Assembly: GCA_964057225.1 (NCBI GenBank)
Contig: OZ059897.1
Location: 12,028,001 to 12,092,000 of the forward strand
Source: Auanema rhodensis
Taxonomy: Eukaryota > Animalia > Nematoda
Reading direction: 5' to 3'
Length of the DNA: 64,000 nucleotides
Shown: positions 25,329 through 39,311 of the stretch, one piece after another
Layout: every line of letters starts with the position of its first letter
Position numbering within the stretch: position 1 is the first letter of the stretch
Made by a program: the position numbers and the translations under genes
Notes under the pieces: model-generated
Database searches by the model: none
Told to the model about the DNA's origin: nothing
What the model saw: the letters and a program-made list of their open reading frames with translations, nothing else

Positions 25329-28100
25329 TTAACACTTAACTTGGGGGGCATCACATTCGTCGGGAAATACATCAGGCATGGGAAGTAATGAAAACGTTGC
25401 GGAGATATCAGATCGTACTACCCGTGGAGGTGCCAATTTTCTCATTTCTTCTCGAAGTTTTTCGAGAACGGCATGGTTTGGTGCATTTTTGGCTCCCTTA
25501 TTTTGCAATCTTACTACCTAAAATTAAATTTAAAAAATTTTATCTCGATATAACTTGCTGTTGATACCTCCTTATGATTTTTTTGGGTTACTAATTTGTC
25601 GGTTTTTTCTTGTACACTTGCATATAAGCGAAGAATAGATCCAAAATTGAGAAGCTGCAATACTCGTATATTAAAGTATACTATAGAAAGGTTTCACCTC
25701 AGGATGAAGTTGCTTTAGAATTCCCTGAGCTGCTCTTTGCTTGCCACCTTTAGCACCAATCGATTTGACCTTTAAAAAATTGATAAAATCGTTGTCTAAA
25801 TATGAATTCGTACCGTGAAGCTATAGGTGCCTACTGTAACAGTAACTTCGGAATGCTGGTGATCAATAGTTCGATTAACCACATTTGGTTGACTGCCATG
25901 CAATTTCATAGACCTATTACAAGCTTCCTAAGGCAAAAGAAAAAAATTTAGAACGAAGATTAAATAATCTCATACCTTCAAGATTACCATAGGTTTAGGC
26001 TGGCCGGTTTTTACGCATAATTCCGAAACCCTAGGATCGTCAATTGCTAAGTGATCGAACAGTTCGATTGCCTGATCATATATTAGCTAACTACATATTC
26101 AAATTTTAAACACTTACTCGAACATCATATGGCTCATCAGCACAAGCTTGATTAGCAATTGAAGCAATATGTTCTTCATTAAATCGTAGATTAGGCATTA
26201 ATATCTACATGAAAGTAACCACTAAAAATCAAAAATTAAAAATCGAACCTTCAAAGCCATTTCGGCTGCAACCATTTTTCCAGCTCTTTTACTTGTACCT
26301 TGCCCTATTCCCATGACTATGGTGTCTGGAAACAACAAAATAAGTACAAACAAAACTTTAATTAAAAAAGAAAAACCTTCGTCTTCTTTTGCGCCATCAA
26401 CTAAATATGGAACTTTAGTTCTTTCTCGGTCTTGAAGTAAAGCTAATTTCTCTCTAACAGTAGGAGCTGCCTGTATTCGTATACTTTTCTTAATGTACAA
26501 AACTGCTCTAACATTATAAGCGTTCCTAAGCAAAAAAAAAACAAAAAATTAAAAATAGTATACAAAATTACTTTGCTTCATCGATATCATATACAATACG
26601 ACCTCTCAACGCTCTTTGAACATATTCATGTAAAATCATTAAAGATGAACGTCCTGCAGGATTCATAACAAAATTTTTCTTATGAAAACGATTATCTGTA
26701 GTAGGGATGTTGATCAATGCTATCTAAATTACAATTGAGCTACAATCAAAAACAATAACTACTTACACCACTTGGAGTTACGATAGCTTCTTCTGAATCT
26801 TTAATATCATCTGTAGTTAACCCTTAAAGATATTAATATAAATATAATAGTACTATGAAGTTTTAAACCTGCTTCTCGTAGAGTTTCTTCAAATCTTGCG
26901 TGATTTCTTTTTCGTTTACGCTCTTCAAAGCTCATGTAGTGAGACACCTATTTGAAATTTTTACAAAAGAAAAGTAAAACTACAAGAGACCTGTATTTTT
27001 TTAAAACGGAATATGGAATTAGCATAGTCGGTGAGTTCGCTAGCGCCAAGTTGATAATCGGTGGATTTCTAAATTTTAACTCAAATGTATCTCAAGATAA
27101 AAAAAAATCAACCTCAATGCGAATTTGAGGGGCTGGTAATTTCTCTAAAAGTTTTGAACCAAATTCATCAATTTCTCTATTTGACTCTTGCGAATCCGCT
27201 TCTTCCTTTTCCTAAGATATTGTTTGTCAATTTAAGAAAGCTGAAAGAAACTCGCTTTTTTAGAATTGAGACGTTTCTGATGAAGGCATGGTACAGCTGT
27301 TAAAGGAACTTTATGATTGCGCACCGAGTCGGTTCCGATGAAATAAGGTCTAGACATAGTACACACTCGTGTAGCTCTGTTCTAAATTATGAAAAAAATA
27401 GTTTGCTTATAAAAAGTAAAAGCCAAACCAGATAAATAGGTAAGCCACAACTGTGGGTCATCCTACACCAACCTTCAGGGAGCGGATCAAAATGGTCATT
27501 TTCCATATTTTCTAGAACCATTTTCCATCGAAAATCACTAAAGATACAAATTACAACAATAAACACGAAGGAAGTACGTTTTCGAATTGTCCTGATTTCC
27601 CTCTGCTTCTTCTAGTAAATTTTCTACTTGGTCTGGATCTATCTTGGTTGATGTAGATTGGATGTCAGATCGAGAACGACTGAAAAAACAGGGTTTGAAA
27701 CAAGATGAAGAAGAGCATCTTCACTTTGGTTGATCACCACTATCTGTACTAGAAACTGAACTACAAATAGGAAGATAATTCGCATTTTTTATATCATGTT
27801 CATCTAAATTTCAATATTAATATCTCATTATGTATTAAATGAAGGCACCCGAGATTGATCCTTCGGGAGAGGCACAAAATTTTGGGCTGAATTTATCTAT
27901 TCTATGGCTATCGGGTGATGAAGAATTTTCAGAACGATTTTCTAGTTTTATTTTCTTCTTCGGGCATTCTTGCACTCAAACAAAAATATTATTCCGTTTA
28001 TAATAATTATCAGCCTACCTCCTTCTTCTTCTACCTCCCGTAACTGAGCTAACAAAAGTCTTCGTCTCTCCTCAAGATCAGTAATATCATCGGATTCCAT
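25329..28100 (-). CDS. pash-1: Pasha/DGCR8 Microprocessor subunit
   Basis: WW domain FDPLPEGWCRMTHSCGLPIYL, the heme-ligand region VRNHKVPLTAVPCLHQK, dsRBD1 ILHEYVQR...GQGTSKRAGKMVAAEMALK, DHLAIDDPRVSELC, and dsRBD2 GKQRAAQGILKQLHP...WIYSSLIC region. Confidence 0.93.
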
Positions 28101-28999
28101 AACTGAAGAGTAGCAAATGAATTCACCGATCGAGAACCAACAAAAAAATATTGTTCATTGAATATTCATTCGATAATTTCGTTGCTATTGGCTGGTCGTT
28201 TCTTGAACATTGATGATGGAGAGAGAGCAATGCGAACAAAGTCAAGTTTGTAGACAACTCATTTTCCATACTAATGAACTTTACTTTTAAGTGTAAACCA
28301 AATGTTAACACCACAGTAGATTCAGTGAAGAGCGACGTACGACGTACTATTATAAACAGTAGAACTACTGATAGTAAATTTATTTTTCTGGAAAAGGTAG
28401 TTTCACTACACTCAGATATCAGCTTGTAAAATATTCAGCTGATAATGGATATATCGTACATGGTAAACAATGATCAAACGAAAAGATTTAAACTAAACTT
28501 TTGTTTAGAAAAAGAGGTTTAGATTTATTAATTCCTCTTAGTTTTTTTCATTGTTTAGAAGAATGGAACACCCAAGTTATCAATTCAAATTATCAAAACG
28601 CAATTATTTTCGACTAAGGCTTAGCCCAACACCAGCAACATTAACGGTGATATTGAATACAATAAGCTTTCTTGTTCATATTCAAAATTTCTACGATAAT
28701 ATAAAATCGAATTTTTAAATATAACTGATCTGAATATCTACAGGCAAATGTCTTATTTCAATAATTTATACAGGAAACTTTTTAAATTAATCATTTTTGT
28801 AAAGGTCGAACATAAACGAATGTGAAAATTAAAAGTAACCCTTCTTACGTATATTGAACTTTTAAGCATTAGGCTCAGGTACCAGCTTTTACTTATATAT
28901 TTAATTTTTATGTTTAAATGGATTTGAATAAGAGAATTTTAATTTGAATAATTACCCAATTTTATAGATTGTTGTCTGTTTTATCTCGTAACTGGAGTA

Positions 29000-31900
29000 A
29001 TGACATCTTTGACGAAGCAGTTGCAAGCACTGCGCACATCTACATCCAAACAATTAACTGTTGAGAAACAACATGTTTCTTTATTATTCGATAAAAAAGA
29101 AGCTCAGACAATTGATCGAGAAACAGCTTATAAAATAGGTTTGAAAATGTTGCAATTCTTCTTAGGTGAAATATTTTTTCTAGGTTGTACGGGCCTCGAT
29201 CAACTTAGAAAACTAGATCCAGTCTTTCATGGTGATATTGAATTTTTTGATGAATCTGCTATCAATTTTCAACGAACAATGATAACACAAGTGATTGGAT
29301 ATATTTTTATTTTATTGAAATCTCATGGTTTAGGAAGAGAATGAAGCTTTAGATCGCAGACTCGAAAAGTTTATGTTCCAATTAATGCCATATATGCAAC
29401 ATTTCGCATGTCATCAAGTGTTAGAATGGTTAATTTATAAATATCAGGTAGGTGAATGTGTATTATTGCTTAACTAAGCGTATCTTCCTAGATATGTTCT
29501 TATAACGCTGAAATGATAATGGCCATTTTTCTACCTTTCCACGAGACTAATGTTTACGGGAGATTACTTTCAATAGTAGATTTCAATTTTTCTACTTCCA
29601 AAGATTGGGGATTTTTGGAACTTTTCCATAAAAGCTCTATGCACGTTCCTTTCAATGTGGTATGTATGCGTTAAAGAAATTTTATAATCACTTTTTTTTA
29701 GCTAGTGAAGCATGGTTTATCAAGTGGTCATTCTCTTATTAGCAGAGTTTCGCGTCTCATCGAACAAGGAATTCAGGTAAAAAATAGTCCTATTTCTCTT
29801 GTAATCCGGCCATTTAGTTGGTTGGAGATTTGTTCTTGGAATCTAAGGGACAGTTGTTGTTTACTTTCTATGCCAAACTCATGATTGGCATGCTAAAGGA
29901 CAATTCGAAAATCGATGATGGCTTACTTTCTAAGCTAACTCCCCTTGTTGGTTCAGGGTTAAAGTAGTTTTTTAAAAAAGGAAACATGATGACGGAAAAT
30001 TTCTTTAGGAGTTCGATTTTATCGTTCCGTTACGCTTCTTTGATGGTTATTTGCCAACTTTCGGTAACTGTGAAACTTGCTTCCAGCATCGTTGAATCCA
30101 TTGTCAAGATTTTACTGATTGTAATTTTAATATTGTTCATCACTGAAAGTTTCGTTTTTTTTAGAAAATGAAAGAGTCCTCAATTGATAGTTATCTATCT
30201 GCTCTGGTTGTTATCTGCCAGCAGCAAGGGGTACAACAGTTCTCAACCAAGTATAATTTTTATCATTCTTGTTTTATGTATATGTTTTTCTAGAGCTGTT
30301 GTGAAAGTTCTTCGTAAGGAAGAATCTTTGGGATTTTGGACGGCTATTCGAAACTTAAGCTCTACTACCGATCTTCTTTCATTTCTTAAACCTTTATGGA
30401 ACACCTTGTTTCATATAGTAAGATCAGAAGAAGGTATGGACGAAGATAAAGAAACAGCTCTCCAAGGACTTCTACAAACATCGTCATCCGATGTCCTTTC
30501 TGGAGAACAGGCTTCGGCTTATCTGATGAAGGTAAAACTAGAATGTCATGTGCTTGTTCATGCTACTGCTTCAGGTTATTGAGGAGAAAGCAAACGGCTT
30601 TGTAATAAGCTCAGGATTTAAGAAAAATATTTATGCTCTTTGTACCAGGTTTTTTCTTATATAATAATTTATTTAATTTTTCGATCGTTTTAGATACTCT
30701 AATGAATTTAATGCTATTGTTGTCGAATGGACAACAAGAGATGAGAAACTGGTCAAAAATTTCTTGGATTACTGTGAGCTTAATCAGCTACTTGTGGTTT
30801 GTTCAGATAGTTTTATTACATAATAGTTGTACGTATCAGATGTTTGCTAAAGATAATTCTCAAAAGAAAAGAACAAGAAAACGATCAGGCTCTATTAGAA
30901 AGAGCAGTGAAGAGGATAAACTTGAGGTTTTTACAGTCAATTAAATGCATTATTGTATTTATAAACTTAGGCATCCAAAACAGCTTATGAAAAGGCTGAA
31001 GAAATGGCGAACAGTTCCGAGTTTGCCAGAAGACAAGTATTTTCCGGTGATCCTTTGAAAAAGGCTATGAAATGGCTGAAGCAAGGCGATTTCGAAAATG
31101 TTAGTTCAGTTTAGCTTCTTTTTTTTCGTTTTAGCTTTCTATATTTTAGTATGGTTGGTGTTTTTCTTTCAGGTATATTGGGCACTCGATGAAATGGCAT
31201 CCCGAAAACATTATTTTGATAATAGGTCTCAAGAAGAAGTAGAAGATTTCACTGTGGACATCATTAAAACTTGTATTTCTCGCACTGATGGTGTTTTATG
31301 TGATAAAGTTAAATCTGCATTATCCCAAGCGAAGATTTCCGAATCTTATTATGTTGGGCTTTTGAGTAGATTTGATGAAGCTGATGTTCCGAAAAAAAAA
31401 GCCAAGGTTTCAAACTCTGAAGTGTCACATTTTCAAAAGGTAGTTCATCATGTATAGTTATTGAAAACATTTTTTTTTTTCAGGCGTTTGAAGGTGAAAC
31501 TAAAAAGAAATTCGAAAAGAGGCAGCAATTTGTCTTGGAACTTATTAATATCTCAAATCGCCTACCGATTGGGTCTAAAATCATTTCAGCGTTATTTGAA
31601 GTTGTTAAAGAGTATAATCCCCGTGTTTGTGAATTCACTCAACTCTCATCATTCAGAGTGGATGCTGCCCCTGATGGTCAACAACAATTTTTCAGTCAAC
31701 AATTGGCTATAGGAATCCTCGCCAAAATTTTATCCGATCCTGGTACACATTGAAATTTTTGTTAAAATTCTATTTTTTTTTTTAGGAACTTATAAGGTAA
31801 CCCTAGCTGATCTTCAGATGGAATGTGTTGTTGACATTATGCGCAACACGCATAGTCACCATATTCTTCGCGATTCATTGAAATTGTTAACTGCTGCTGT

Positions 31901-34900
31901 GAAATTAGATCCAGTACATAGTTTTTTGTTTTTTTGTGTTGATTTTTTTATTTTCAGTGTTCCGTTACTTCTCATGTGATGGCCGTTTTCACATTCATGG
32001 GAAGCGGCTTATTGCGAAAAGATAATGAACTCACTTTGAGCATAATTGAAAACACTTTAGAAGCCTTATTCATTGCTGTCATTTCTTCCAAAAAAAATAA
32101 TAGAGTAGGCTTCTGAATAGTTTCGGTTGATTCATACCAGTTGCAGGATGCTGTTGTTACTCAACTAATCGGTGTCACTAGAATTTTTGCCTCGTCTGCC
32201 TGTGATATACCTGCTCATCGCCGTGGTCGCATGGCTAAAGCTATTTCAAGAGCAATTGGCATGGAAAATACATGGATTGTGGCAAGTGTTCTCCTCGAAG
32301 GGTAAAAATATCAAGAATTTGGAAAATGGTTTCAATTTACTTAAGATTGTGCGCAAAATGGCAAAGGGCAGCAGCCGATGCCAGTAAAAAGGCAGCTGAT
32401 CAGGATGCATTCGAAGACATTGCTCTCGAGCTATGCGTGAATATGGGTCCCTGTGAACAGGTTTTTTTCTTTGCTTATATGATAATAATTTTTCATTTTA
32501 AGCTTACTGCAATTTTCGATTTGATGCAGTTTGTTATTCGCCTCTCTGGTGATAAGGAATTGAAAAAGGATTTAGGCGCTTTGGATTCATCAATCTTTGA
32601 TAGGTTTTTATCAAATTCTTTATTAGAAAATAAGTTATTATTTTAGGAAAAAATATTCTCTTCCCAAGTTAAGACACTTCCGTTTTGTAATAATCGGACT
32701 TGTAGTAAAAGTTTTAAGCAATCGTAATCTTTTTGAAATGGTTTGTGCATTAGTACTACTGAACTTTATAAATATTTTTTAGCTTGCTAAAAATGATAAT
32801 GAGACTCTTTTCTCAACTCTTCTTCCTATTAGCAAACGATTGATGATAACTTCGGTGGATTTAGATGCTTTCATTCAAAAGGTCTTGTTTTTAAATTCCT
32901 TGATGAAAAAACTTCTAAATTTGTTTTAGGAATGTTCCGCTATAGAACAAGCTGGTGAGCCACAGTCTCTGCGCTATTGGGTTGCTATTCAAACTAAAGC
33001 TGAAATCATTTCTGATAAAGTATATCAATAAATATGCTAAAATTATTATTTTTTTTATTTTAGCTGAGACATCTTCTACCCGGAGGTGTGGCTGCTCGTC
33101 TTATCTCTGATATTCTTCAAGATGAGAAAACTGATGCCCAGATGCGAGACAAAGCTCTCCAACTGGCCAATCTTAAACTCATGCAGGATGGATATTTCTA
33201 TTCCGAAGGAGGAATCAATGAAGAGCATCTTATTCAGTTGGCAGATGTTCTTAATAATTGGATCGCCCCCCACAGATCAGAAGCTGATTCAGTAAGTATT
33301 TAATAGTTTACAAATTTTAAAAAAGTATATTAGGTACTGCTCTGTCAAAACGCCGCCTTCAGTCTCAAACTTATCGCTAAAAGGTTACCTATTCAAACTG
33401 AATCCACCGTCCTCTCTACAAGTATGCAAAAATGTGTCGAAACCGTATGTTTAGAACAATGAGTTTTTTTATTATTTTTATTGTTTAGGCTGCGTTATGG
33501 CAGACGCTTGATGAATATATGGTTGGCAATATTCTGCTTTTGGCTGGAGAACTTATTCGGTAAGCTATTTCTCACGAGCAAGAATATTTGATGTTTTCAG
33601 ATCCCATAATATGAGATCTACGATGTTATCTGCTGAACCACTTCTCAAACTTTGCGTGGAAATTCTTACCGAATGTATAACTAATACTAACAAAGAACAA
33701 GCTGTCGAAGAGGATAATAATTTAAACAAACGTCAACGTGTGAGACAACAATCGTTAGGCGGAAGGAAGCATGGAAGCGATACTTTGCTGGTATATTTAC
33801 CTTTTCTTTTTTGAAGCTGAAATTGAAAGCTTTAGATCTGTTCTCTAACATGCATGCAACGTATTCTTGACCGTTATGCTGCTTTCGTAACTGGTCATCT
33901 GGGGGCTATTCTAATCAATTTCTCCCGTTTATGCGCTCGGTAATTAATTTTTTTTTGTCTTTTAAGTTCGAATAAATATAGGTTTTGGGATGCCGATGGA
34001 GATGGTGGAATATCGGTTGTTTCTGTTAATAACAAGAATAACTCTTCAAACAACAACAAAGGGAGTGTTCATCATCGCCTGTTCCTAGTTCGCTCGGCAT
34101 TGCAACAAATTGAGCCACGTGTCCTCCCAGCTCAATTTGCTAGAGCTGTATCCGATTTGGTTAAAGAAGAGGTATTTCGTGTTTCCTTTCTATTGGTCAT
34201 TAAACATGTTTTACAGAAATCGCTTAGTGCACTATTCTCCGTTCTCAGTGGCTACTTCACAATGAAAAATAGGCTGATCATCAGTCAAATTCGCGTACCT
34301 CTCGTTACAGATGTATTCTTAAAGGCTTTGGAATACCGATCTATCGATCGCAAACCAGAGGTGATTTTATGAGACAATCAAGAAACACATGTAATTCCCT
34401 TTCAGTCCTTTGAAAATGTATGCAATGTTGAGCGCTCTATATTTGCCGCTCTCTTAAAAATGCTCGATATATTGACAGAGGTTGAAATCAGACCGATTAT
34501 CAATTCGATTGTTCAATGGGCAGAGCCAGGACTAAGTTCTAATGATATGAGTATGAAAGTTAGAATTATATCCGTCTACTGCTTTGCTAATCAGTAGGTC
34601 ATTATTTACTTACTAATGTATAAGTTCTGCTTTAGATTTTATAATTCCTTCAACTCTCTTGCACTGCCTTATTTCGGAAAACTGATTGAAATGAGTAGCA
34701 AAATTCTCCGGCGTTGTAATGCCTCTGTGGTCATGGACACCACTGAGTTATTACTAAATGGAAAGAAACATACAACAGAGGGAGTTGAGGTTGATTTTCT
34801 TATTACTCAAATTCTTGACTTTGTTTCTAACTGTGGAAGACATAAGGAATTCCTTACTCAGTAAGTTAATTCTGTATAATACTATTGCTTAACATACTCT

Positions 34901-35436
34901 TTAAAGAGATCGGGCTGAAACTCTTGTTGAAGCATTGGTTGAAGAATTGGTTAATACCAAGGTTGCTGGCCATGAAAAGAGATGTGTTCCTCATTTGGCG
35001 GAAGCTTTGTACAGGTATTATCTATTGATTAACTGATAGTGGCATGTACATTAATTTTGCAGAGTATCTGAAGCTGCTTCAGAAGTATTTCCTGTTGTAT
35101 TAAACAAGGTTTTGTTGAAAACTAGAAGCAATAAGCCCAAGGTAGGTTTTCTAAACTTAATTTCTCATATAGTTTTGTCTGTTTCAAGATTCGTTACCGT
35201 ACTTTGCTTGTCATTGAAGCTATGTTTGATAAGATCAATGACGGTATCGTGCCCCACTTGCCCACTATTATGCCGTTCTTATCCGAATTATTAGAAGGTA
35301 TGCGAATATTGTTAAATTCAATCAATTTTTTATTTAATTTACAGATGAAAATGTTAATGTGGAAGATCAATGTAGTAAAGTTGTTCAATTGCTACAAAAT
35401 AAATTTGGTGAAAACATTGCTGAAGGTTTTGCTTAA
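29000..35436 (+). CDS. toe-1: HEATR1/UTP10 U3 snoRNP (SSU processome) protein
   Basis: MTSLTKQLQAL...HVSLLFDKKEA, VLEWLIYKYQI, FLPFHET, DIPAHRR, and the C-terminal LPTIMPFLSELLEDENVNVEDQC; many short introns. Confidence 0.93.
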
Positions 35437-35718
35437 TAGACTTGAATTGTTATTTGTTGTTATGCTTTTCTTGTTGTTGATTTTTGTTGGATCATCATTT
35501 TATATTAAAGATAACTTAGTATCAAGGTATTAGTATGTAATAGGTTGCGACCTTTAATATCGTTTTCTACTTTCATCTCATTATTTGTATTTGAATCAAC
35601 GATGTAAACGAAATCCGTTTACATAGACATTTTAGTCAATTTTATCATCAACGTATTTTTTAGCCTCCTATTCCAAAACATTTTATTTAGTATTTTTAAT
35701 GTTTCTCCGTTTTTAGCC

Positions 35719-36205
35719 ATGTTACCAAGACGAGTACTTGTCAACTCATTTGGACTTTTCCGTGTGTCCTCTTGTCGTGTTTCCAATACTCCAACTACAA
35801 CTGGCTCAGGAGGTTCAGCTGTTCAAAAAAGCAAGGATAGTGATATGCTCGAAACAATTGACATCGAAGATCTTCCAAGAGCGCAAAAACGTTTTGCTAA
35901 GCAATTTGAACAGGTTTTCAAATAAATGCGGTGCTTTTTTATTTCTATTTTCAGGTCAATGAGCAAAGAATTAAAGAGATTTTTGCCAAAAATTATAAAA
36001 ATCATGCAGCTCTCACTGTTCTTCTATTATTAGTGGTTTGTAATATGTATTCTGAATATTTCAAATGGTTTTATACCATCAGGTTGGAATTTATTACTAT
36101 ACAATTCATGCTGTCAAGCAAGAAACATTCCTGGAAGAAATTGATGATGAAATGGCTGCTGAACATCCTAAAACTCACGGTCATCTAGCCAACAAGTCTG
36201 CTTAG
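35719..36205 (+). CDS. coa-3: Cytochrome c oxidase assembly factor 3 (COA3/CCDC56)
   Basis: Arg/Ser-rich mitochondrial presequence, a single TM, and GIYYYTIHAVKQETFLEEID matching the Coiled-coil_56 signature; 3 coding exons. Confidence 0.82.
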
Positions 36206-36398
36206 GTTAGTGCATGTATTAGAATCATCACTTAATTTAATATTCTTTCAGTTACTTTATGCGATTGGAATATTTATTATTAGATTTTTTTTAGATTAGG
36301 ATCATATTTGTTTTTTTTTTGCTGTTATCGTTTTATTACTGTCTTTTCATAATATGTATGATTTAATAATAAGAAAAAAAAATGAAAGATTTTAGGCC

Positions 36399-39311
36399 AT
36401 GGATTCAGAAGGGGGTGGTTCTCAAGATGGTATCGAAGTTACGAAAGCCATTGAATCTATGAAAGATGTCACAATAGATACGGCCTCAGTATGATCAAGT
36501 CTATCGCAACTTTTTATTATCACTATTTCAGGACATCGTTCGCACGTCACCTAACTCGTCAACATCTTCAGCTACTCACACTAGTACTCCAACTAAACTT
36601 CCTTTATCGCCACCGCCGAAAACATTTGATAAGTCACCTTTATCTCCTGCTCCCATTCCACCAGCTCGTTCTAAGAAGCGTGTCGTAAGTTTCCTGTTAT
36701 GTCATAATATTTCATCTTTCAATTTGAGGTTGCTGAATTAAAATGTCGTGAAATAAGATGGTTTTATAGACGAAGTGAAGCAGAGAAGTGGCTTTATTTC
36801 AATGGTGAGTTTTTAAATATATTTCTTTCTTATACAAAAGTTTAGGCCGCGACTCAATTATGTTGGAAATGAAGTATAGGTTAACTCATAATATTCAATT
36901 GGATGATCAAGCAGAAGAATTATGTGAAGAAATAGAGCTTAGAAAACGGCAAATGGTTGTTGTTTTAGAAGGTTTATACAGGTAAGCTAATGATAATAAA
37001 AATACGATTTATCGTTGTAACAATATAGATTGACCGAAGATGAGCGAACAATTGAAGCAATTTATTGGAAGGATGACTCTTGTGAAGTTCGACGTGGTAC
37101 TTGGTTTACTTCTGTATGTTTCATTCTCTTTTTTTCATAAATCATATCTATTTTAGGATTGGCAACCCATGGACTCTTCCTTAGCAGACTCTATTGATAG
37201 ACACCATTTGCAGTATTTTAGAGGGCAAGCTATTCCAGAAGGTCTGACAGTGTTCTCTTCAAAAGAAGCCAGCAACAAGCCTCGTATGTATAATGACAAT
37301 TAGTAAAGTAAAATACTTATTACCAGAATTAACTGAGCTACACTTGGAATCTATGGAGATTAAGTGGAGTTCGGTTATTGATATTTATCTTACTGCTAAG
37401 CGAGGGGCGTTTATGAGGTTTCCAAACTTTTCATAAATTTCAGTACTTTTTGACTATTTAGATATCTGTCTTGGGGAAAAAGCCAAGCTTTGCGTAGAGG
37501 TTTTGAAAAGGAAGCTGAATGGAACGATTCACCTGCAGAAATTACTCACCTAGTATTGGTAGTCCATGGAATTGGTCAAAAAGGATATGAAAATTTAATT
37601 GCTCAAAATGCTCAACAGTTCGTATTTTTTTATCATTCTGTTATTTTGTACTTGCACTTTAGAGTCCGTGATGGGGTACTTAATGCTTTGGATAAATGCT
37701 TTAATGATGTAATGACAAGACCCATGTTCTTACCAGTGGAATGGCGGTCTGGGCTTGTCTTAGGTATAATATTCTGTTTATTTTTGCATTGTTCCTTATT
37801 CCAGATGATGGCATAACTGATCAAATTACACTTCCTAAGATGAGCAGTATGCGTAATGCTTTAAACAGCACTGCAATGGATATAATGTATTATCAAAGTC
37901 CTTTATATAGACAAGAGGTTTCATTTTAGTTGTCTGATGTTTCTATATACGAATATTCTTTAGATTATTGCTGGTGTTACACGGCAAATGAATAAAGTTT
38001 ATACTCTGTTCAAAGAGAATAATCCAACTTTTAATGGCCCTGTTTCTATATTTGCACATTCTCTTGGATCGGTTATTTCGTATGATATATTGATACATTG
38101 GTCACCTTTACTACTCTATGACAAATATGTTACTGAAGCTATTGTGAGTTCTACCAAAAATGATGATTAGCTTATTCTTCTCTCAGAATTCCCATATTTC
38201 CAAATGTGAAGATGAAAAGAGTGCTTCATCTATGAAAGCTTTCCAAACTGCTCGACACGAATTACACGAGAAACTTGATGGAGGAATGAAAGAAATCTTG
38301 CTGAACAGCGAAGAACAACTTCAATTCAAAGTTAAATATCTCTTTGCTGTCGGAAGTCCTCTTGGAGTTTTCTTAGTGATGAGAGGAGCAACTTCTGCTG
38401 ACCTACACTCCAGCCGTCTTAACGTTTGTTTTATTTTTATAACACAATTTACAATGCACTATTTTAGGTTGAAAGAGTTTTCAATATTTTCCATCCTTAT
38501 GATCCGGTAGCTTACCGCTTAGAGCCTATGTTTGCATCTGAATGGAAAAACATTCGCCCTATTAAACTTTTTGCGTCCAATGATCTGAGAGGTTAGCTAT
38601 ATAGGTTGAATTCTTAATGTATTTAACCTTTAGGGCGTAACTCGTACGATGATCTACAATTGGAAGTTTATAAAAACTATTTGAAAAAAATGAAAAATAT
38701 GAAAAATAAGAAGAATACTCCTGGCGATAGACTGAGTGGAGTGAGAAGTGGGGATGATGATTTTGATGAAGAAGATGAATGTGATTCTGACGAAGGTGGA
38801 GCTCGTAGTGGATGTGAGTTCTTATATTTTGTATAAATATTTACTTGATTTTTCACAGGCTCATCTCCACGTTCTATTACACCTCCTCCAGGAGATTCTG
38901 AAAAGCCTGCTAAAAAAGGCTGGTTCTCTTTCAGCAAGAAATCTACTGCGGCACCTCCAGAGCCTCCAGTAGAGCATGCTAAAGAAGCAGAGGTAAACCA
39001 AACTTAAATTATTCAGTTGAATGAATCTAAAATTGTAGTCGGAGTTACCAATTGCCGATCGTATTCTTGGTGCTGCTAATCGACCACCTCACAGAATCGA
39101 TTTCCAGCTTCAAGTTAGTTCTGTTTAAAATTCTGTTTTTCAAGCTTAGTTTCAGCCCGCGATTACTGACAAATCCTATTGGTCTGTCCTTAAGAGTCAC
39201 TTCAGTTATTGGACTAACAATGACTTAGCTCTTTTCATTGCAAATGTTTTATACGTTAAACCTCCTGAAACACCCCAAGAAGGCGTCCAAGAAGCGAACT
39301 TGGGAAGATAA
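36399..39311 (+). CDS. ipla-1: DDHD-domain intracellular phospholipase A1
   Basis: EVRRGTWF, THLVLVVHGIGQ, FLPVEWR, lipase motif AHSLG, FAVGSPLGVF, FNIFHPYDPVAYRLEP and SHFSYW. Confidence 0.93.

Noticed and set aside
28614-28626. Isolated TTAGGC-like hexamers (also ~18484, 50465, 60506, 62388) as telomere-addition or programmed DNA elimination sites
   Set aside because: They are single copies with no array, and I cannot match a defined elimination motif without a PWM scan and soma/germline coverage.
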